Shown: positions 56,101-64,000 of the stretch, one piece after another
Layout: each line of letters starts with the position of its first letter
How positions within the stretch are numbered: position 1 is the first letter of the stretch
Source: Camelus ferus
Taxonomy: Eukaryota
Assembly (NCBI RefSeq): GCF_009834535.1
Contig: NC_045696.1
Span: 1-64,000 of the forward strand
DNA: 64,000 bases
Direction: 5' to 3'
Program-made: the position numbers and the translations under genes
The notes under the pieces: model-generated
The model's input: only the letters and a program-made list of their open reading frames with translations
Told to the model about the DNA's origin: nothing
Databases searched by the model: none

Positions 56101-57755
56101 TATCCTATAACACTTCTCAATTTGGTAGTCAGCATGTTTGAAGGAAATTTGCTCCATCTCCTTGGTTGCAAGGCAGAGAATTTTGACATTTGGGAAACGT
56201 CTCTATTTCAGTGTTCCACAAGGACTTGGCCTCTACTCCACATGGAACCATGGTTTTCTACTATGTTGAACAGTCTTTATGAAAGAGAGAAAAATGTGTA
56301 AAGCCATTTGTAGAAATGTCTCTTTGACCTTCTCCTACATATATGGAGTCATCCAACATGTTCCCTTCCAGAAATTTAGTGCATAAGTTTGCTATCTGTG
56401 TTTTGCCTTCTTTGGAAAAAATGGTTTCTGTGACTGGGAAAGAAGCCTATTTCCCAGTTCTGAAACCGTATCACTCAACTTGATCTCAAGATGTCAAACT
56501 GAACCCAGCTTGGATATGTTTCTGGAGAGTATGTCAAGAAAGGTGATAGACATGGGAGAGATCTCTTCCTACACAGCTTATGTGCCAAATCTTTGAGAAT
56601 CATACCACTCTGGGAATCAAATGGAAAAAGTGGAGCAACTTCACAGGCCTCATCAGAACCCCAGAGTCTAAACATTTTCCCAAAGTAGTCTATGTTCCTG
56701 TCCTGTACATCCTTGGCTCAAACTCATCCTAGGAATAGCAACAGCCCCTCACTTACCACTGCTTATAGGAAACATCCAAAGGAAGTTGAAAAGAGGATTG
56801 TTTGAATGGGTCTTCTAATTTAAGTCAGATCAACCAGAACTTTGACTAGACTCAATCTGGGAATACAATGAGTGCAGATAGTGTACTTCATCTGTGTTGT
56901 CAGGATAAGAGAGTTTTTTGGGGGAAAGCAAGCTTAACTACAAGTTCTCATAGCCTTTCTCCACTCTCACATTAAGAACACTCACTTAATCTCATTTTTG
57001 TCTTTAAGATATTCATCTGCAAGTTTGGAAATATTGAAGACAGAATATCTCTTGAGGAAGAGGTGCTGTGCAATGCATGTTGTAGGAATTTGTCACTAGA
57101 GGAAAAATTCTGTGTGGGAAATTTCCTTCTGCCTTGTTGGGATCACAAAATTTGTGGAATTGAGAAAACATCCTATGTCAAACTTGTGCATGAGGCCATG
57201 CATTGAAACCCCCTGTGAATTCTCGATGTTCACCTCACTGAATTTGTCAATTGAGAAAGCTTCCCCATGCTGAAAGGACTACCTGGACAGGATGAAGCAT
57301 TTTGTGTTAGATGTATGCAGTCTTGGAAACCTGTTCCCATCTTGGAATCGAACATATGTGGATATTTTCCCTTTTCTGCCTTTATTCAAAGGCATGGCTT
57401 TTGTTTTTGCATACAATCCTATGCCCATGTTCTGTAAAACTTCTCTATGACTTTATTTTATATAACTCTTCAAAATTACAGTCTGTTTGCCTTATCTTAT
57501 ACAACTGTTCAACACTGGGACATATTTTCCTGGGAATTTAAGTTCATTCAAATTTTCAGGAGCACAGTTTTGCATGTTGTCTATTACCACTGGGCATATT
57601 CTGAAAGGTCTTTTCTCAATCTCACCTTTCAAACACCAGCTTCCCCAGGCTCTACACTGTCCATAGATAGCATACAAGGAAAGCTGCAAAAAATGTTTTA
57701 GAAAGCCTATTGAAATTCATGCTAACTGCACACAACACTTCAACATAGTTTTCAT
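50134..57755 (-). repeat. Macrosatellite, inverted arm: ~3.6 diverged ~2.21-kb monomers of the same family in reverse orientation
   Basis: Reverse-complemented anchors lie at ~51628, ~53842 and ~56057 (spacing ~2214). ORF 50611-50862(-) gives the same peptide (CEKAYQNLDFGWLPQHK) as + ORFs at 2358, 13436, 22328 and 35662. Confidence 0.95.
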
Positions 57756-58186
57756 TGTGACCTGGCTGGCAGAAATCTCACTGAGTCAGGGTCAATTACT
57801 CGAGACACTGTGGAAAAGTTTAAGAGAGTGGGAGGAAGTTGGGACCCAAATCTACAGGCCTTCCAAATGTTGCTATATTTATTGTGTATTGTCAAAGGAA
57901 AAATCATTAACAGTTGTGTGATGGTATGCAGGATCTTGGAGAAAGACAGGATGAGATAGAGATTGTAGAATTCATAATGATTATGAAGACTTAGTTTATC
58001 TTTAGGGAAGTCATTGGGAGAGGGTAAGATGATATATTCTTTAAATACATTCATTCCAAGCAGACCAGCCAGTTTCTTGTTTGGGGGTAACAAAGTATTT
58101 AACAGCAGACATGGCAAGTACTTATAGCTGAGGCCCTGGTTTGTTGCTTTGGAACGAGCACAGTGCTATCTAAAACCTCAACTATG
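57756..58186 (-). mobile_element. ERV 3' LTR, distal part (rest of U3, R, U5)
   Basis: Non-satellite sequence between the array end and the L1 5' TSD. On - it ends ...CTGCCAGCCAGGTCACA and has AATAAA at 57878-57883. Joined to 61339-61497 it gives an ~590-bp LTR. Confidence 0.78.
58172..58186 (+). repeat. L1 target-site duplication, 5' copy (AAAACCTCAACTATG)
   Basis: 14/15 match to 61324-61338. The CT/AAAA context resembles the L1 endonuclease site TT/AAAA. Confidence 0.9.
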
Positions 58187-59530
58187 TGGGAGAGAAGCAA
58201 GTTGTCAGAGTAGAAGGACTCCTGTAGCTCACCGCCTCCCACAAATACACCAAATCTCACATCTGTGGACCTACTCAGCCAACTAGGGCACCTCCCAATC
58301 TCCGACAGAACATCACCGTCTTCAAAAGACAAAAAGCCAAAAATCTTGTAGGTGAAAAAGAATAAAGAAAGAAGAAACAGCAAAAGAGTGTGGCACCAAT
58401 CCCTCAAGGAGGGAGCTGCGAAGGAAGAGTGGCTAACCTTCTATAGGTCTCCCCTCTCCAACAGAGGGTCCAGTGGGACAGAAAGGGAAACTCTGTGTCT
58501 CAGATCTGCCCCAAGCACACTTTGACTGATAGAACTAACTTAAATGGGCACAAAATTTCCCCATGAAACCCAGCCTGAGACTCAAGCTGGCAGCTGGGGG
58601 CTGGGACAGACTGCCTGAGCTGGGCGGGGGACTGGGGTGGCTGCACTGAGACAGCCCTGGGGTACTGCAGGGTCCTGCATGCCATGGCTGAGAGGGGATA
58701 TGAAGCTGGACAAACTCAGTCCCCCCATAAATTGCAAAAAAACAAAGCAACATGGCTGGTGTGACCTGGAGTTAAGGGTATCATAGCCTTTTTCTCCTCA
58801 GACCTGTGCCATCATTACTGGCACTTCTCAGGAGAAGAGAGCTGAGGTGCAGCCACAGCTGCCATTTCCTGCTATGCACAGCACCCAGGCTGGGGTGGGG
58901 CCGAGACCTGTATCCAAGCCCCAGGGCTCCACAACATTCTAGGAAGAACTGAGACTTAATTACAACCCAAGGCAAATAGGATATTTCTGCCCTGGCAACT
59001 GAGAGAATTCACCTTCAAGACAATGAGCTGAGATTTGGCACAGAGCAGGGGCGGGGCCATTCCTTGGTCTTCCCTGAGCCCACCTTTAAAGCACCGACCC
59101 AAGACAGAGTGGGAAGCTGCAGAGAGCAGTGGAGAAACAGGCACCAGGGGATGGTGTGCAGCCAACCACCTTTCAGGCAGGAAAGCATCAACTGGTGAAA
59201 GTGATGTGAGGGGGTGTGATCTGCCCAGATGCCTCACCTGAGTGCAGCATCTGACTGCAGCATTGGGAGGGGGAGTGACCGACCCACCCACGGGGTAAGA
59301 GCTCAGCACCTGACCCAGTGTTCAGAAGGGGCACAATCTTCTAGCCAACAGCCTCTGGGAGCAGCACAGATGAGGGCACCAACAGGGGCCTCTGGAAACA
59401 GCAAGCTGAGTTTGCAAAATGGGGCAAAGACACAAAGGCCTCTCAATAAAATCACTAACAGCACACCATCTCCAGGAGAATTATGTAACTGATACTCCTT
59501 AAGCCACAGTGTCAGAGAGATATGAGTAAT
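58187..59530 (+). promoter_or_regulatory. L1 5' UTR / internal Pol II promoter, decayed, with a mutated YY1-type motif
   Basis: CAAGTTGTCAG at 58198-58208 sits where CAAGATGGCGG is expected. The region is GC-rich but CpG-poor and lies directly upstream of the ORF1 ATG. Confidence 0.7.
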
Positions 59531-60402
59531 ATGAGGAAACTGGGGAACCACTTGCAATTAAAAGATCAAGAAAAATCCCCTGAAAGCACAATCAAGGAAA
59601 TAGACATTGATGGCCTACAAGATCAAGATTTCAAATAAGGAGTGATCAAAGTACTGAAGGAACTGAAAGAAATAATGTTTAGAGGTATAAAATATGTCAA
59701 AAATGAAATGGAAGCTATAAAGAAGAATCGAGTAGAATTGGTAATCTCATTTGCTGAGATGAGAGCTGACTTAAAGTCTGTACAAAGCAGGCTAGATAAT
59801 GCAGAGGAATGAATAAGTGACCTATAAGACAGGACAACAAAAAGAACACAATCAGAACAGCTAAGAGAACAATGAAAACAATATAAGGGACTTATGCAGT
59901 AATATAAAGCATGTCAATCTATGTATAATAGGGGTTCCAGAAGGGGAAGAAAGAACAATGGGGATTGAAAAGGTGTTTGAAGAAATCATGACTGAAAACT
60001 TCCCAAACCTAAAGAAGGAATCAGACATCCAAGTACAGGAGGCTCAGTGGGTCCCAAATAGGAAGAATCCAAACAGACCCACACCAAGACTTAGCATAAT
60101 CAAGATGGTCAGAGTCAAGGATAAATAAATGATCCTAAAGGCAGCAAGAGAAAAACAAAGAGTGAGTTACAAGGGAACCCCCATAAGGCTCTCAGCTGAT
60201 TTCTTTACACAAACACTACAGGCCAGAAGGGAGTGGCGATATATTCAAAGTCCTGAATGAAAAAATGATGCAGCCTAGGAAACTTTCCAGCAAGGCTATC
60301 CTTTAGAATAGAAGAAAAGATAAAACTTCACAGACAAACAACAACAAAAAGTTTAGCAACACTAAACCCATGCTAAAAGAAATATTGACAGGTCTACTCT
60401 AA
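59531..60402 (+). pseudogene. L1 ORF1p (RNA-binding chaperone), disrupted
   Basis: Begins MRKLGNHLQLKDQEKSPE, with TAA at 59636-59638. Later motifs IIGVPEGEE, ENFPNL, RPTPR, ILKAAREKQRVSYKGTPIRLSADF and QARREW are present. It ends GGTCTACTCTAA and contains further stops and frameshifts. Confidence 0.92.
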
Positions 60403-60540
60403 ATAGAAAAGAAGCAGGATGCTACAAAAATGAGAAATGTAACAGGAAAGGAGATAACTGCCATGAATCACAAAAAGAATAAACACAAATTTGTAAAAGA
60501 AGACATCTAAATCATTAAGAGTGAGAGAGGGAAGCAAGGA

Positions 60541-60912
60541 AAGCCACTGTGGGAAACAGTATGGCAATAACTCAAAAGACTAGGAATAGACTTACTGTAT
60601 GACCCAGGAATCCTGCTCCTGGGCATATATCAAGAAAGAACCCCACTTGAAAATGACATCTGCACCCCAATGTTCATAGCAGCACTATTTACAATAGCCA
60701 AGACATGGAAACAGCCTAAATGTCCATCAACAGATGACTGAATAAAGCAGCTGTGGTATATTTATACAATGAAATACTAATCAGCCACAAAACCAGACAA
60801 CATAATGCCATTTGCAGCAACATGGATATTCCTGGAGAATGTCACTCTAAGTGAAGTTAACCAGAAAGAGAAAGAAAAATACCATATGAGATCACTCATA
60901 AGTGGAATGTAA
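60541..60912 (+). pseudogene. L1 ORF2p C-terminal remnant (no endonuclease or RT)
   Basis: Contains AGCCACTGTGGGAAACAGTATGG, TATGACCCAGGAATCCTGCTCCTGGGCATATATC, TGCACCCCAATGTTCATAGCAGCACTATTTACAATAGCCAAGACATGGAAACAGCCTAAATGTCCATCAACAGATGA and ends GGAATGTAA. These are the usual 3' end of L1 ORF2. Confidence 0.92.
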
Positions 60913-60941
60913 AATAAATAAATAAATAAGTTAGTTAATAA

Positions 60942-61000
<59 letters not shown>

Positions 61001-61003
61001 AAA
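60910..61003. repeat. (TAAA)n microsatellite in the L1 3' UTR
   Basis: Read directly: about 23 units with one interruption. Confidence 0.97.
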
Positions 61004-61176
61004 TCAGAAACAGACTAATAGACGTAGAATACAAACTTGTGGTTGCCAAGGGGGGGTGGGATGGGACAGACTGGGATTTTAAAATGCAGAATATATAAAC
61101 AAGATTATACTGTATAGCACTGGGAAATATATACAAGGCCTTGTGGTAGCTCAAATCAGAAAAAAATGTGACAATG

Positions 61177-61201
61177 TATATATATATATATATATATATA
61201 T
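61177..61201. repeat. (TA)12 microsatellite in the L1 3' UTR
   Basis: Read directly. Confidence 0.97.
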
Positions 61202-61283
61202 GTTCATGTATAAGTAAAAAATTGTGCTCTACACTAGAATTTGACACAACCTTGTAAAATGACTATTACTCAATTTAAAAATG

Positions 61284-61323
61284 TAATAAATAAATAAGTA
61301 AATAAATAAATAATAAATAAAAT
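61284..61323 (+). repeat. L1 poly(A)-derived (TAAA)n tail
   Basis: A-rich patterned tail between the L1 3' end (..GACTATTACTCAATTTAAAA) and the 3' TSD. Confidence 0.9.
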
Positions 61324-61338
61324 AAAATCTCAACTATG
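61324..61338 (+). repeat. L1 target-site duplication, 3' copy (AAAATCTCAACTATG)
   Basis: 14/15 match to 58172-58186. Confidence 0.9.
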
Positions 61339-61497
61339 CAAGCAAGTCATTGTCTTTGCTTTTTATGACAGGGTGACAGGAGTGCAGATGCACAGGAGCC
61401 TACTTGCAAAGCAGCTACTAAGCACATGTGTTTTTCTTAAAGGTGACAGGCAGCTGCGTTCTGTTACAGTTTGTTAACCCAATCATGGGCTCCCACA
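61339..61497 (-). mobile_element. ERV 3' LTR, proximal U3 part
   Basis: Begins TGTGGGAGCCC on -, 2 nt after the polypurine tract, and is cut by the L1 insertion. Confidence 0.88.
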
Positions 61498-61499
61498 TA

Positions 61500-61511
61500 T
61501 CCCCCTTTTTT
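61500..61511 (-). promoter_or_regulatory. Retroviral polypurine tract (AAAAAAGGGGGA)
   Basis: Reads AAACAAAAAAGGGGGA-TA-TG on -, the usual betaretroviral PPT/LTR junction. Confidence 0.9.
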
Positions 61512-61519
61512 GTTTCTGT

Positions 61520-63570
61520 TGAATGAGATCATTTTTAATTGTAGAAGGGACATCATCACTTGGCGCTGTTGATTTGAAGAGGCATGGAAGGATTAAATTA
61601 CCTTGCAGACTATAAAAAGACACAAGCAATTACTATGGAAAATCCAATAATCCATGTGCAGTGGTTGAGGCCATGAAACCAGTTGTCAGGTTTAAGCCAT
61701 TTCATATTATCATACAATTCCTCTTCCATATTTGTTTGAGTCTCCTGATGCAGCTGCTGATGCAGCTGGGCAGAAAGAGTATCAACATTATTTTGTAAAT
61801 CAGAAGGTAAAACTCCTGAAGTTGTTTTTTTAATAATGTGTCAGGAATAACAGAAGTGATTATATTTAAGAAGAGTAACACATATCTTATCATTTTGCCA
61901 ATCACACTGCAGGGGCTGGCTATCAACAGTGGCTTGTTGTCGATCACCAATCCATTCCAAAGTGGCTTCCAAGGACTGAAGCCAATGCATAATTGCATTA
62001 TCAATTAGACTCTGAGTTATCATAGCGTAAGTAACATTAGCCATAAGATTAACAACTCGAGCTTTATAGATTGATTTGCTAAGGGACACTGCTGCTACTG
62101 AAACAGTAGCAAGAATAACAATGGCTGAAATGATAAAAGCAGTCATCCAACCAGTAAAGCGTTTTGGTCTCCACTTTGAAATGCATGATTAATTTAACAA
62201 AACCATTTTCAACCTTCCAGGGGTGGGTTAAATTAACACGTAGCCAAACCTGTGGTTGTCACTTTAGGATGAGAACCTGTGAGATATTGAGGAAGTTGTT
62301 TATTGGGCCAATACAAGAAGTATACCAGGCCAGAGGCTGGGCATGGGTAATATAAAGTCCATCTTCTAATGTAACATTAAGAATAGAAGATATCATACAA
62401 AAAACATAAGTGTGAGTAGCACACAATAATACATGATCAGAGACATGAGAGTCTAAACCAATACAATAAAACTGAGTATTAATAACTGTATTAGTAACAT
62501 ATGTGCCATGTGATAGAGTTCTGGGAAAGAAAGGCAAAGCCATGGGCTAGAGATTAATGTGCCAGGGACTATAAGCATGAGAGTCAGAGAGGTGTAAAAC
62601 AGGTCCAGAAAGTCCCCCATCCATCCAGGTTACTTGGGAGGGGGCTGGAAGGCCAAAACCAATACAAGTATGATTAGCAGAAAGATATGTTTGTGGGCCC
62701 TGATCACAGGCTGTATAGTTAATAAGTGGGGCTCCAAGGGGATTGGACACCCATCAAAGGACCCAAGAGATGGATTACTACAAGGACTTCACTCTTTACA
62801 TATATGACAATGAGCAACAGGTGGAAGAAAGGCTGCAGAGGTTGTTTGATTAATGTCAAAATCTGCAGCAAAAATGAAAGTTTAATTGGCAGGTTTTGTG
62901 CCAGTCTTTAGGTAAATAATACAAAAGTATGGGTCTTAGCACATAAGCAAAAGGATGAAGGGATATTAGACACAAAAATTGGGGTGGGAGAGGTGATCAA
63001 AGAAGCAGTTTCATTTAACATCATCCAATCACTATTTTCTAACAGATGACTTTGAGGAGGGAGCCAGACTCCTTCAGTTCATTGAGTATCATTAGTGCTG
63101 AGTGGGGGGTCTGCATCCCACCAAGTGACTGGCTGGAAAATCAGAAGGTCAATAATGTGAGCCCAGTACAGATGGGCCCCTGTACTTAAAGGAAGTGACA
63201 GAAATAGTAAAAGTAGCAACAATACCTGACTTAGTGCATGAGAAATTACTGCTAGATATGCCAGAAATCTGTATTTTGGAGTGTAAGGCAGTTTTGCCTC
63301 CCTCAGGACCTTAGTGGCCTGAGAATCTAATTTCTTTATCTGGCCCCAAGAGATGTTAATTGCTTCCCGGGTGGAGGCTGCTATCCGGGGTGTTGCAGAG
63401 TCAATCTGACATTTCTGTTTAAGAGGGCTTTGTCCTGTTGGCTTCATTGGCTTTGATATTTGCCGTCCTTTCAGAATTAGATTTTTAATTCCCTTTGCAA
63501 GCTGCAGGTCTAGAGTTGGGTGCCTCTGGTTGCTCCAATCCATGGGACGGCTTGATAAAGGGTTTGACAT
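61520..63570 (-). pseudogene. env: Betaretroviral envelope (signal peptide-SU-TM), disrupted by stops and frameshifts; ends approximate
   Basis: The leader has ISWGQIKKL..A..L...PYTP..FLAYLA and a hydrophobic core. SU starts YWAHI..FQPVTWWD..STND. A furin site RPKR/F lies at 62170-62156, followed by the fusion peptide FTGWMTAFIISAIVILATVSVAAVSL and the TM motif LEWIGDR..QCDWQNDKICVT (CX7C). Confidence 0.9.
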
Positions 63571-64000
63571 GATGAACAGGTAGCCACCTGGCTAGCAATT
63601 CATAACGGCCCTCCCAGTTTGGTGACTCTAGGGCTGTATCTTTGATAAGAACTTTAGCTTTTGAGATATCCTCTGAATGCTGCATAAAGTTCTTTTCTGC
63701 TACTGCTAAACCTTGGGTATCACAGCTAAGAAAATTAAGGGTGTACAATGTTTTATTCAAACAATCTGCTGGTGGTGTCCCCGATGGGTTCCCCCTTTTT
63801 TGTTTTAACATTTGTTTTAAGGTATGATGGGATTGTTCAATAAGTGTCTGACCTGTGAGATTATAAGGAATTCCAGTAATATGTTGAACTTCACAATCTT
63901 AACAGAATAGTTTAAATTTTTGAGATATATAAGCCAGGGCCATTGTCCATCTTAGTCTGTTGAGGCTTACCCATATATGCAAAAGAGAGATGTTTGAAAA
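63485..64000 (-). pseudogene. pol: Retroviral pol, integrase core and C-terminal domain, disrupted
   Basis: Reads MGKPQQTKMDNGP(frameshift)AYISQKF..HITGIPYNLTGQTLIEQSHHTLK..LNKTLYTLNFL. This matches the class II IN motifs KTDNGPAY, HxTGIPYNPQGQAIVERAH and ALYTLNFL. There is an in-frame TAA at ~63900. Confidence 0.9.

Larger units (their letters stand above)
58187..61323 (+). mobile_element. LINE-1 with both termini but most of ORF2 missing (~3.1 kb)
   Basis: The 5' end GGGAGAGAAGCAAGTTGTCAGAGTAGAAGGAC resembles laurasiatherian L1 starts (CAAGATGGCGGAGTAG). It is followed by a GC-rich 5' UTR, ORF1 homology, an ORF2 C-terminal fragment, a 3' UTR with G-tract, an A-rich tail and TSDs. Confidence 0.95.
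57756..64000 (-). mobile_element. Endogenous betaretrovirus-like (ERVK/class II) provirus, 3' portion (IN-env-PPT-3' LTR), defective; continues beyond the window
   Basis: On -, the order is integrase motifs, env signal peptide/SU/TM, PPT AAAAAAGGGGGA, a 2-nt spacer, then an LTR starting TG at 61497 and ending CA at 57756. Confidence 0.92.

Noticed and set aside
64..57701. The many 60-115 aa ORFs in the array as genes
   Set aside because: They recur at homologous repeat positions on both strands, often start at GTG or TTG, have different stops in each copy, and match no family I recognise.
1..57755. CRISPR array or other prokaryotic system
   Set aside because: There are no short identical repeats with unique spacers, and the L1 and ERV show this is mammalian DNA.
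57752..58117. 121-aa ORF within the LTR (sag-like, as in MMTV)
   Set aside because: It has no recognisable superantigen similarity and runs through R/U5 out of the LTR end instead of lying within U3.
58099..59557. ORFs on both strands of the L1 5' UTR (ORF0-like)
   Set aside because: Such ORFs are expected by chance in GC-rich sequence. ORF0 is described for primate L1 and I see no similarity.
60777..61247. 156-aa hydrophobic ORF on -
   Set aside because: It is an antisense reading of the L1 3' UTR (TAAA)n and (TA)n microsatellites, giving IYLF repeats.

Overview
This is mammalian non-coding DNA; I can support no intact gene in it. About 57.7 kb is one complex macrosatellite with three nested periods. 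A very degenerate ~245-bp unit is repeated 9 times to form a ~2.2-kb monomer, and two monomer types (A, B) alternate to give a ~4.45-kb higher-order repeat (HOR). The array runs on + from 1 to ~50,137 in subfamily blocks, with one out-of-register A-A junction at ~7.3 kb. It then flips at a GGAA microhomology into an older-looking, non-dimeric inverted arm (50,134-57,755). A betaretrovirus-like (ERVK) provirus on - interrupts that arm; its 3' LTR, PPT, env and integrase remnants are visible. The LTR is split by a TSD-flanked L1 that keeps both ends and ORF1 but lacks nearly all of ORF2. The L1 3' end looks cetartiodactyl, possibly camelid (from memory, not verified). All alignments were done by eye.
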